Assembly: GCA_003614675.1 (NCBI GenBank)
Contig: ML002418.1
Location: 1-32,760 of the forward strand
DNA length: 32,760 nucleotides
Source of the DNA: Dimargaris cristalligena
Lineage: Eukaryota
Direction of reading: 5' to 3'
Part shown: positions 1 through 10,885 of the stretch, in pieces
How positions within the stretch are numbered: position 1 is the stretch's first letter
Layout of the letters: each line of letters starts with the position of its first letter
Made by a program: the position numbers and the translations under genes
The notes under the pieces: model-generated
What the model was told of the DNA's origin: nothing
Seen by the model: only the letters and a program-made list of their open reading frames with translations
The model's database searches: none

Positions 1-2143
1 CCTACCATTAGAAGCCTATCCTCAGGACTCTTGACAGACTAAGAGTGGTTAACCCAAGTGACAATACAATTATGCTACAGAGCCCTCATCTATTTTTCTA
101 AAGGACTATACCAAAAATCCCACATTAGCTTAATTGAAAGCCTTGCCTGATACAATTACCTATATATCCCTGAGAACTTAGTGGTGTCCAATTAGAGAAT
201 ATGACAATGTCTAGGTGTACCCTAACCTCTCAAAACCTACAATAAATCTCGACAATTGTGAGAGGTGGTGGGAGATAGTGTCCCCATTTAGACTATACTT
301 ATTCAAGTCACCCGAAAAACACGTAACTCTTTATAGACTGGCCACATAGTACCATAGAAACCAACTGATATGGGATATCATGAGGAACCGGGTTTCCCAC
401 GATTGCTCTGACATAAATATAATATTTAAAATACACAACTGTAGATTATCTAGGGTGCAGCACGGCTACTGGTAAAGCATGATTGCTACTGCGAGGGTTT
501 TTATATTCAAGGCCGACAAAAAAATGTAAACCGAGCAAATTGGTCAGCATAGCCATTAATTGGTACATTTTGGTTCCTAGCTCCGAGTTTAGGCACACTA
601 GTCGCATTCTATAATGGTTACAGACGAGGAGGCCATATTAACTAACTTTCAATGGAACGTCGTAATGCGCGCCATTTACAACTATAACCAAGAGATGGGT
701 CCCCTAATGGTCGGTGAATAGTCCAGTCCAAACCCAACTATCTTAGTGAATATACGCCATAATGACGTGTATATTTCAAAAAACGTTAATCTGATTATTA
801 TCCCGCAATACCCAGGCACCCTCCCCTTTGCAGCAACTATGTGTCCAGAATTAAACCGATAAAAAATGGTACAAGTCAGGCCTGACCTAACTTGGGTTAG
901 ACACCTGCAAAGTACTTTCGACTAAAGCGGGCTAGACCATGTGGCCTGTTTGCGTGGATAGCACGTCCCTTAAATCACGAGCAAGGGTCACTCGCCTAAT
1001 CTACAGCAACGTTTCCGCTACGCCCCAACCGCCCGTACCTCGATGCACATGGCCCACTGGAGGGGTCGGCTTGGACCCGATGGATTTTCATAGAATGACC
1101 GGCGTCCCTATAATGGCTCTGTTTCGCCTGGGCGGCATCTCTTCGCCATCTAGAGTGACCGTCCCTATGCCCTGTTATTCGGGTTTAAGGCATAGAATGC
1201 TCGTGGAACCATCATCCTGGCCTTTCATCAACCGTTCAAGTGGGGTTTATTCGTTCGTTGGGGAGTGGCAGGGTATACATTTCTCCCCCGCCCTTCGCCC
1301 CAGCTTCTCGATACTTTGCGATTTATTCGCAATTCTTTTTTTTTCTCGTAAAGTTCGTCCGTCTCGTCCGTTTCTTTCGTTGTTTCGCTTTTTCCCCCTT
1401 CTTTTTTTTTAAAAAACACTAATCCTTTAGCCTATTTTATAATATATAATAAAACCCCTGCCGCTTGCTCTACTACTAGGTTTACTGCCGTCGGCAATAG
1501 ATGTGTCACGGTGTCATTCAAGTTTGGCTTCTCCATCCAATCTAGTGTAACGGTCCATGGAAGGCGAGTCGAAGGGGCTGGCGAATGATATACGAAAACA
1601 AGGCCATTCCCATTTTCGTTCTTTGCAAAAATAGCCAGCCCCCCATGTGGTAATGCTAAGGTCTAGTCTACTTACGCTCGATTTTCCTTCTTTACGTGTA
1701 TATATACACCAGGCGACGCGCCCCAATTATACATGGCCGTCTTAGTCTGGTCCAACTACTCTCCGTCTCCATAGTCACCAGACCCCTGCCGTTTCCCCAT
1801 CTGCCTGTGTACCTTTCCTTTCCTTTACTTTTCCGTCTGGTCCAGGCTACATCTACTTAAAACTACACTCTACGACATTATTGGGGTCAAATTCTCGCAT
1901 TGATAATTTTGTGATATATTTCTAATTTTTTGTAAATTACGATACTATTAATGATATTTGTTGACGACAATTAGATTTTTAGTATAGCTCCCCTCCAGGC
2001 CATTTCTCAATCATTCATTTTCCAGTCAACTACCTTGTATTTCGTTCTTATAACACCAGACTGTCCCTCCCGGTGAGGTTTATTGACTATTATCTACTTT
2101 TAGAAGACCTGCCCCATCCACTTTGTATTTTGAGTTTACTAGC

Positions 2144-3259
2144 ATGTCGATTTCGCCTCGACTAAGGCTCCTAGGCCTCGTGGTATCCGCTCTATACCTG
2201 TTGGGTCGGGTCGTCCAGGCGCGCATGCCGGTGGCCGAAGTTGTACCGGCTGCTACGCCGGCGCTCCGTATTACCTCGGGCAGCGTCACCCCCGCCAACC
2301 AGTTTCGGTTCATGGTCCACATTACAATTGCCCGCAATAATGCCACGTTCGAATGCGGAGGTACTATTTTGAGTGCCGACTGGATTTTAACCGCCGCTCA
2401 CTGCGTCATGGCGGCATCGCCTACACCCACGTCCACATCCGCCACAGCCTCCGAATCCTCCAGTTCGTCGTCGTCGTTGGCTAGCGCCCAAGTGCAACCC
2501 CCGAGCCAGTTCAAGGTGGGCTACGGAACGGTAGTCAAAGCCGAACTGCGTCAAGTGGGAGTTAGCCAGGTCCTAGTCCACCCCGACTACAGTCCCCAAC
2601 GGCCCTCAGAGCACGATATCGCCCTGCTTCGCCTGGACACTCCCTTACCGGCTTGGGACGACACGGTGGCCCCGGCCCGGATTTACACCTCCCTGGTCCA
2701 CGATCGACAGTCGGCCACAGTGATGGGTTGGGGTCTCACCGACCCGAAAAAACTGGCATCGTTCCCTACCGAACTCCGCCACACTACTGTGACTATTTCG
2801 AACGACCCCACCGTTTGCCGACAACTCTACCACGACTTCACTGACTCCAACCAGGACCGGATTTGTACCACTGATAGCGACGGCCAGGACACGTGTCAGG
2901 GCGACTCCGGGGGCCCCCTGGTCGTCCAGGAGTCGGAGCAAACCAACGGTGAATGGGCGCTGGCGGGACTCACCAGCTACGGCAACTCCCCATCGGGCGG
3001 GCCCCTGTGCGGGGCCCGGGACAGTGTGGCCTACTACACCCATGCGGCGTACTATCTACAGTTTATCATTATGAACACTCAACTCAAGTGGTCGGAGTTG
3101 GTGGTGGGCAATGGGGAAACTAACACCCTGGAAGACCCAAAACTATGGTTGGCGCTGCGGGGCTCCAGCGAGGCCGCGGGGCATGGAAGCGGGGGGTGGT
3201 CACTAATTCTACCGGTGGCTCTGGCAACCCTGGCCTCAGTCTGCTATAGCCTTTTCTAG
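2144..3259 (+). CDS. Trypsin-like serine protease (S1A), secreted, with C-terminal hydrophobic (GPI/TM) tail, 371 aa
   Basis: ATG at 2144 begins a signal peptide (LLGLVVSALYLLG). Putative activation site ALR|ITSG. Catalytic triad motifs LTAAHC, HDIALL and DTCQGDSGGP, with Asp at the S1 pocket. C-terminus ...SGGWSLILPVALATLASVCYSLF. Intronless. Confidence 0.95.
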   Translation: MSISPRLRLLGLVVSALYLLGRVVQARMPVAEVVPAATPALRITSGSVTPANQFRFMVHITIARNNATFECGGTILSADWILTAAHCVMAASPTPTSTSATASESSSSSSSLASAQVQPPSQFKVGYGTVVKAELRQVGVSQVLVHPDYSPQRPSEHDIALLRLDTPLPAWDDTVAPARIYTSLVHDRQSATVMGWGLTDPKKLASFPTELRHTTVTISNDPTVCRQLYHDFTDSNQDRICTTDSDGQDTCQGDSGGPLVVQESEQTNGEWALAGLTSYGNSPSGGPLCGARDSVAYYTHAAYYLQFIIMNTQLKWSELVVGNGETNTLEDPKLWLALRGSSEAAGHGSGGWSLILPVALATLASVCYSLF

Positions 3260-3715
3260 GGTCTCCTAATTACTGGTCATACTTCATTTTGGGTATAGGA
3301 CGTTGACAGAGTTTGGCTATGTATGAGTGTGAGCTATTTTCCATTAAATTGGTGGATAATCATGTGGGTTTTTGGGACATTGACCATCCAACAACTGTAA
3401 ATATTCGACAAGGTCAACCCTACCTTCAATTTGTAAATAAATATGCATATAGTATTAGTCAGCACTGGGAAGTGCACCTTTTATTTGATATTACGTAGGG
3501 TTTATTGGACAAATGCCCAAAAAAATAGGGGTTGGTTGCAAGGAGCTAAGAAAATACTAAGGAACTATTGACATAATGGGCAATGGCTATAGGTATTATG
3601 GCCAAACCAGATATTGGGGAAGTTGGAGAGAAAGGTTGGAAAGGGAAGGGCGTGGACGCTGATAAATTAGGCTAGGATGGATGTAATCCAGGGCCAGAAC
3701 TTCTTGGTTTAGGTC

Positions 3716-4009
3716 CTACCCGCAGCGGCGGTAACTACCACAGCCCGAGTAGCTGGAACAACCGTCGGCGCGGCGATTAGGTTGGGCCTTCGGGCTCACG
3801 CAGGCACTGGACTCCTGCGGAGTGGGTTTGGAAAGGCCGGGCGGCAGCGAATTCAACAGGGTGGTATCGGACAAGGCATCCTCATCGACCACGGGAGTTT
3901 TCTGGGGAGACATGTAACCCAGGGGGGTAAGGTTGGGCGTCTCGGAACGGTCCGAAGCCACCGTCGGGGATAAGGGAGTGGCCTTGGGCGCTTGGAAGTT
4001 GTTACACAT
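3716..4009 (-). CDS. Small Ser/Thr/Pro-rich protein (97 aa), Met-Cys start, Cys/Arg-rich C-terminus; unknown function
   Basis: Strong start context ccgccATG, pyrimidine-rich leader, TATA-like TATATAA about 190 nt upstream (~4193-4199), C-ending codon bias, and an apparent paralog at 10569-10885. Confidence 0.6.
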   Translation of the reverse strand: MCNNFQAPKATPLSPTVASDRSETPNLTPLGYMSPQKTPVVDEDALSDTTLLNSLPPGLSKPTPQESSACVSPKAQPNRRADGCSSYSGCGSYRRCG

Positions 4010-5152
4010 GGCGGTAAAGTTGGAAGGGGGGGGGAGGGTAAGGAAGTTCGAAGGTGGGGGAAAAGGGGGAGTGGATAGGGGCGGGAGAGGGAATTCTTGG
4101 CGGAACGGAGGCGATTGAGTCGAGAAAGTTTATCCGAGGATGTACTTGACAATAAGGCGGTTAAAATTAAAATGGTGACCAGGCGGAGGTCATTATATAC
4201 TTCACCCCTCCTCTACTCAACCGCTAAGCTGACCTTGCCGGGCGTCAAGTCGGGGGTTACGAAGGCGGATTGCTCTTCGGGGTTTCCCGGCCTGCAGCTC
4301 AAACTATCGAGTTATTTTACACTCGAGAAGCTAAGGCTATTCTCACCCCGCAGCCTTTCCTTTATGTTCACCGTGTAAAATTCGTCCAGTGTAGGGCAGG
4401 CTCGTACAATTGCCTATTGTATAGATACTCCAAGCCATTCAGCAAAGTTAGGTTACGGGTAGTAAATGTAGGGAAGGTTGTGTTCCCAACCCTCACTATG
4501 TCCCACGGCGTTATAACGCAATTACGAAGCGTCGGGGGTAACGCATCCCGAAATACATGTGATCCCAGCGATGAATTGTAGGGCCTTGAAGTTTAGGGGG
4601 CTATTTGTGATAAAGGTGGGAGAGGGATTGTCCCACTCTAAAAGAAGGCAAATTGATGGGGATGGCTAACTGTCCGCGGCAAGGTAATCATTCTCCGTTG
4701 CATTGCTCATATGACCCACTACTGTCGTTTCTTGCTCGAGCACCGCTAATGCCCAAATCGTACTATATTTTTTTGCATTACTTCCTTTAACCCTACTCAA
4801 AAACAATAAACTTAATATTACTCATTTTACTATCACTTGAAAGTGCACTGGGCAGAGTGGGTGAAGCTATTTGACGGGCGCAATAGTCGAAAGATCACCT
4901 CACTAAAAAAATATCACAGGGTATCTGCCCTCTTAGTTGTGGAGGTGTAGCCAGCATTTAAACCCTTCAATTCCATAGTACTTCAAGAGATTCCAGTCCT
5001 TTTCAACTCGGTTTAATTTATTACTGTGAATCCAATGCATACATCATCATATCAGTGAATTGCTATAGATAAGCAGCAGGACCAAGAGATATAGATAAGG
5101 CAAGTGAGAGGTAGGGCGTTCAGCGCCTAACGGAACGTTTGGACGCTACAGG

Positions 5153-6154
5153 TTAAAAAGGCCAATTCGGCAATTGAGGGTTACAAGTTTGCATAATGGT
5201 GTACATGTTGTCGCCCACATCGTTATTTTCAAAGGCGATCACTGAGTCGACCCAAGCATTGTAAAGCTTGCCATTAGCCTTGCGGGTGTCCTTTTCAGTG
5301 ATAAGAGCCATTTCCCCGGTTGAATTTTCGTCGTCGTAAACATACTTTAGGTAAACGTGGTTACTGACATCTAGCCTCCCTTCGGGCTCAACTAAATTGT
5401 GGTCCATTTCGCCCACGGCAAAAGCCTTCAATAGGCCTTGTAGGCGGTCTTCGGCTTTCTTACGGAATCCGGCACTGGCCAAATGGGATTGGGCGTGTTT
5501 GAACTCCGCCTGAACCTCGTGATACATAGTTTTCACGGAAACCTTGGAGGAGGGTTTCCCGCTGAAATCGCCCGAGTCCCGCCAGATGGGGATATATTCC
5601 ATGATATCTAGGCAAACCTTGGCATTCAGAGGCATATCTTGGGCCAAATTGCGGGAGTTGAGCGACGGGTTGGTGGTACTCCAGGTCGGTTGATATTCGA
5701 GAGTGTACGATTTGTCCAAGGGAGGGCTCAAGTGGGTGGTGGGATTCAATGGGGGAAGGCTATTTAGCGGAGGAATAGCCAAGCGGTTGGGGGGTGTAAT
5801 GCGCGGATTGGGAATATCCTTGGCGTTAGGTTGGGAGAGGGAGTTGTTGTCTTCGAAAGGGGACCCAGGGGCCGCTGCCTTTAGATAGTCCGCGTTCTGG
5901 GCATTCAGCGTAGTTGCAAAGTTCGAATTCTTGGAGCTAAATTCCGTGGGCATTTCATTATCGCTGGCATAGTCATCTTCATATTCATTGTCGGATGGCC
6001 ACTGCGATGAAGCAGGGGAACTGTGGTAAACCCCACCCACCGCTTCAGGGCCGATGGCCCGGCTGTTCATGTCGAACTGTTGCTTGCTCGCCAGGGTGGT
6101 AGACCCGTAGGCGGAAGTGGCCAAAGCCAAGGTAAATACAATCCCCACACGCAT
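5153..6154 (-). CDS. Hypothetical secreted protein (333 aa), effector-like
   Basis: Long ORF starting aaccATG with a clear signal peptide MRVGIVFTLALATSAYG, a low-complexity S/P/N-rich middle and a folded-looking C-terminal ~160 aa. TATA-like run at ~6396-6404. Confidence 0.85.
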   Translation of the reverse strand: MRVGIVFTLALATSAYGSTTLASKQQFDMNSRAIGPEAVGGVYHSSPASSQWPSDNEYEDDYASDNEMPTEFSSKNSNFATTLNAQNADYLKAAAPGSPFEDNNSLSQPNAKDIPNPRITPPNRLAIPPLNSLPPLNPTTHLSPPLDKSYTLEYQPTWSTTNPSLNSRNLAQDMPLNAKVCLDIMEYIPIWRDSGDFSGKPSSKVSVKTMYHEVQAEFKHAQSHLASAGFRKKAEDRLQGLLKAFAVGEMDHNLVEPEGRLDVSNHVYLKYVYDDENSTGEMALITEKDTRKANGKLYNAWVDSVIAFENNDVGDNMYTIMQTCNPQLPNWPF

Positions 6155-8222
6155 GGTTAAAAGTCGAACTAGGTGTGGTTTGGTGGGAGAGGCTTGCCGT
6201 TTGGGAATAATACGAAGACAGCGGTATTAGCAGAGAGTCAATGCGAGCACTATACAAGAGGGCAGGTACACAATAATGCCCCTAAATAAAAAAGCACTAG
6301 GATAATGGTAGAAGGCGAATCACTAAATGGAGCAATAGGTCGCTGAAATAATTAGGAAGCGGTATATGGACTACACCCAGTAAACGGAGGCGGCTATATA
6401 TATACCCATCTCAATCTCTCAGCAAAGCAACCCTGGCCACTCTGAAAAATTTACATCAAAGGGGCTTAGGGTTTAGCCTGATTCCTTCGGGTCCCCAGTC
6501 CCAAAGGTCGATGGGATATGAACTGGGACCTCGACAACCAGAGAAGTGAATTAAAATGGGGGAGGTCTAATTGTGCCATATACTGATATAACCGGCAGAG
6601 TAGATAGGTATTCCCAGTTAAAACTAATTATATACCGCACCTATTTACCCATTTATATAGTATATATTATACAGGGGCCCAAGCTCCCCTATAATCAAGG
6701 GAAGGAGGAAATAGAGGCTTGGAGTACCCGGCCCAAATGGTTGGAAATACAGATTCTTAATTAGCCCCAATATTGACCATGAAAGGGGGGCAACATTGCT
6801 TGAGCGGAGGATTAATTTGGCACCGGCGATTATCGGGAAGGCGTGATTTGGCCCTATTTCGCATAAATAAACTGCCAGACTACCCCAGGTCATTAATTAA
6901 TAGTTGGTGAATGGGGGTCCCGTTACGCCACTGGTGCTGGAAATTATGGTCCCTGATTTCTCTTCTCTGCCTCTCCTCCCGTTCTCTCTTGTGGTGTTCC
7001 TCCAAGCACAATATGGGAAATGTTCAACTGAGCTGTATAACGAAAAAACCATTGGATGAAGCAAATATTACTGGTTAAAAATAAATATCCCATATATTAT
7101 CTCATACGCTAATCATTTAAAACCATATACAGCTGGGCCGAATTTCACCCATATTATCCTTTACTGATGTAATTGCTGAAAACCCTCCTTCTAAGTCAAC
7201 TGTTGAGAGCAATTCGGCGACGCTGCCTCCAACCCGCCGCTTCACATTGGCTTATACATTCTAGCTATACAGTGGGGTGGGATGGAGAGTCAATATCAGC
7301 TGGGGATTTTCAAAGGCATGACCCCCCCCCCATTTTCATGTAAGTGTCATCCAGTTATTGATAGTAATTAAATGATAATGGCCGAGTAAAAGGGAACGGA
7401 ATCTGTAGATAGGAGCAGATACTTGGAACCTGTGGCAGCTATTACCATTTCTTAGGTAGAGCTAGAGGTCAGCCGCATCTAAAATCTAGGAGCTGTATAA
7501 TTAGACGGTTGTGTATCGTTGGGTCTACATGGCTAGGCGTTATAGCGGCCGTGTCACTCTGGGGCACAAGTAATTAGTCGTTCAAATAATATACTCTAAG
7601 GGATACCGACTAATTAAACGTTGCTTCGATTTGCCCCGACAGACGCCCCTAACCCAAGAGGATAGTCTAATGAGAGTGCTCACGCATCCAGTGGTGGTAT
7701 AGTACCCAAACATTAATGGCTGACGATGAACTTGTACATACTAATGAGCAAAAGGGTAGGTCATGGCATCGCAGCGAGGGACTTCAACCTGATAGCAAAA
7801 GTTAAGCTCACCCACTCAAGAAAATTAGTTCGTTAACAGGCCCGTATTTTCGTTAAATGTACATTCGGGTCATCACCAAATAGACCTTAAAGGTCATTAT
7901 CCTATTTATCTACTACCATTATTAGTTTCGACCACTAGACCACTGTTCCATGTTACATTCTACCACCCCTCTCTTAAAATTCCAGTTAGCCAAATGCCAA
8001 CACAACAGCGCCAAATAAGTTTACTTATACACCAGTATTAGTGCCTAGTAAGTGCGCACACCCCTTACAATAGTACCCCATACTATATACAACTTCTAAT
8101 ATTTACAGGAACGGATGGTTTCAATCAGGTCTACCTTTCGTCTAATTTTAGTTAGCCTTATTTGCCATTCTCATAATTAATCCCATTCTCTATGATATGG
8201 CCCAGGGTTTGCGCTATGTAAG

Positions 8223-8242
8223 TATATATATATATATATATA
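8223..8242. repeat. (TA)10 microsatellite
   Basis: Direct reading; lies just after a + strand GTAAGT donor-like site. Confidence 0.95.
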
Positions 8243-8615
8243 CATAGTTTACTAACTCCCCTATATTAACCCCATAATCTATCGTGACGCAACTTGACAA
8301 TCGGGTAAGGGTTACATCGGTGCATGCCACAGTACCGCTTTTCGATATCCCACTGGGGCCAGTTGGGTTGGTGACGGTCGTGCCTTATAATCACCCGCCG
8401 CCGGCAACATTCACCGTAACCCCTCTCCGTCCGACTTTGGCACTGAATGGAAAAGTTACCGGGGGCGCGACATGGGCGGACATCCCCTACCAAATGCCAC
8501 GTGGCCAGTTGGTGATTAGCAAAGGTATAGAGACTCGATTCGTCCGACAACTTGTTACCGATGAAAATGGCATTTGGACTAGCCGAGCGGCCATCCGATC
8601 TTACGCAGGGACAGC

Positions 8616-9590
8616 TGGAAAGTGAGCACCGAGAAGTATGGGAGGAGGAGGGTAATGAACTTGGCCGTAGGATACCTGCTTGGACCAAAGGTAGATAGGC
8701 CGATTCCAGTGTTCCCGGGGCTGGGCCGTGCTCGTTTTCATGCTCATGTCCGCGGCTGTTTAATGGATCCGGCGGTGGATAGACAAGTTCGTCTTGGGAG
8801 AAGACCAGGCCACCCCAGCTATCAACTAAGACGGCGTGATCGGAATCATCAAGGTAATTGCGGCAATAGGTGGGTTGAGTTTTTGATTCTGGACCACACT
8901 TCCAATGATAGTATGCCATTTGGGCAATATCGAAGCCAAAATGCAGTCACTGGATATACAATTCCTCGAATTGGGGGAGGGGGGGGTTAAATTGAGGCCA
9001 CTCGAGGATAGGGAAGGGATTGTGGGGCTGGTAAATATAACTGTGGGTCGAGTCAATAGGACTAGCTAACGTCACTCGTTTGGACAAATAATGTGGGTAG
9101 AATGAGTAAATGAAATGCAGCTACACTACTACACCAATAACCAAGTGAGACGTCGCAGAAGAAGGATTCGATTGAGGGCTGGTGGGTAAAAGTAGGTAGA
9201 TGGATTTAAAGTAGTATGGACAAAGTAATCTAATAGAGTGTGCGGGCTATAATGACGGATAGAAACATAATTAACAACGCCATTGAATGAAATAGGGTTC
9301 GTATCCACGCCTGCCGCCGTACTAAAGGCAGGTGCGGGTTGGACTGTAAGGTACTATAGTTGGCCGACGTGCCCAACCGATATGCCAAGTAAAGATGGCC
9401 GGTAATTAGGGTGAAAGGGAATATACTGAGATGGATAAATAATGTCCGGAAATGATGAGGGCGCTTGGTCAACAATTGGATTAAATAAAATATATAATAC
9501 CAAGATCTAGCCGAACGGATAGGGGAGAGGGATGGTGGAGTGAGAACCCGGTTAGTAAAACCTAGGGTATGGGTAATTACTTATACTAAC
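8616..9590 (-). pseudogene. Probable decayed multi-pass membrane protein gene
   Basis: Intron-like segment with branch TACTAAC (9557-9551) and acceptor TAG (9509-9507). It is followed by a hydrophobic frame SWYYIFYLIQLL...MALLIMFLSVIIARTLY*ITLSILL*IHLP...VAAFHLLILPTLFVQT, with in-frame stops at 9232-9230, 9208-9206 and 9064-9062. A shifted frame has TGA at 8949-8947 before the 8919 ORF. Boundaries are approximate. Confidence 0.4.
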
Positions 9591-10568
9591 GGCCATTGCC
9601 ATTTTGCAGTTTCCCCGCCCCCCTCCCCAGGGATCATCTGAGCAATTAAGCGCCGATGGCTCGGAATCTGTGAAAGGGAGAAGACAGTGCAAATCTTTGA
9701 AAATAGAGGACCTCGGTGAATACAGGAAGCCCGTTTAGTCCCACCATCCGCAAGGACAAAGCGAAGCTGGAAGGTCGGCGCATTATGTACGGACTTTTTA
9801 ACGAACATTTAACCATAGACGTTTATGAGAAGCCAGGCAACCTTTGCATCCTTTTGGCATTCAATGAAGAGCCATGGTGAATCACGGTTGTAAAAGTGGA
9901 CACCAACCGGCAGCTAAAGCTATGCAATCAGCAATGACTAAATCTTAAATGAAAGAAGGTTTGAATGGCTGGTGCAGGAGCGGCCTTTGTCGAATAGGTA
10001 GGGGGCACAAAATTCGGAAGGATTTATAATCCCTGATAAAAAGGAAGGAAATATTGGATTATCCCAATCGGGCTTATAGATGGCACGCCCGCTCAGCTCT
10101 ACAAAGACAGGTGGAACTGGAACAACGTAGCCAGTTAAGGCAACAACCGAGGCACGGTGAAGTGGCGGCCGATGATCCGAGGCCGCGGTAGTGTTTAGAA
10201 GCAGCCTCTCTTTCACTCCGATGGGGGACGACCAAAGAAGTTGGGAAGTATTGTATAAGTCGGCTTGTGTAGCCGGGCAATAATATATAATACAACCTAT
10301 ATAAGCTAAATGGGTGTTATTATGTCTTTGCACATGGTCCAATTCCCTTGATAAGCCCAAAAAATTGTTATATTCGCACTTTCTGTTTATTATGCTATAC
10401 TAATGACAAAATACAATAAGCTAAAGCAGGAGAATAGGCTAGCATCCGAAGAGGTGGAAGTAGGGATTAACCAGTCGGCCTTAGACATAGGTGGAAAGGA
10501 GGGCCAAGAGGAGAGGGGAGAAGGGTTGATTATCCGATGGGAACTTAATTTCGGGCCCCTAGTCCGAT

Positions 10569-10885
10569 TTAGGAATACTTCCGGCGGCATGGAGAGCCAC
10601 GGCAATTTGCGACCCTGTTGCCCGCAACTTTTGCACCTATACTAGCAGGGTCCCTAGACACTGGGGTTCGTGGCCGGGTCGGACAGCCGGTCGAACGAAA
10701 GGCCGGCAAGGGTTGGTCCGGGGTGGAATCCGTCCAACTGCCTTCACTAGCCGTCTCGTACTCCTGGGGTGACAACGGCGAGGTGGGAGCGGTGACGTAG
10801 GGCTACCAGTGGTTGGGGTCGACGAAGGGCTGGGCACGTGGGAACGAGTGACGGTACAGGGCCGAAAGGAGGGTTCGCGGCACAT
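10569..10885 (-). pseudogene. Frameshifted paralog of the 3716-4009 small protein (317 nt = 106 codons minus 1 nt)
   Basis: accatcATGTGC start (MCREPSF...). The similarity to the 3716-4009 protein (LSPQ...E...D.T....LP; K...NR.A.C..S.C.RR) lies in the -1 frame ending at TAA 10571-10569. TATA-like TATTTAAA at ~11066-11073. Confidence 0.5.

Noticed and set aside
1089..1200. Imperfect ~60-nt-spaced repeat (TAGARTGACC..GTCCCTAT..CTGTT)
   Set aside because: Only two degenerate copies plus a fragment; not a CRISPR array or a convincing tandem repeat.
939..1422. Overlapping 60-157 aa ORFs, plus a hairpin TTGCGA-tttat-TCGCAA followed by a T run that resembles a bacterial terminator
   Set aside because: The ORFs lack ATG starts and are driven by T/A-rich low complexity. 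The context is eukaryotic, and no recognisable Pol III gene lies upstream of the T run.
7647..7655. CCCTAACCC, resembling a telomerase RNA template
   Set aside because: A 9-mer from any telomeric permutation is expected by chance in 32 kb, and no supporting structure was seen.
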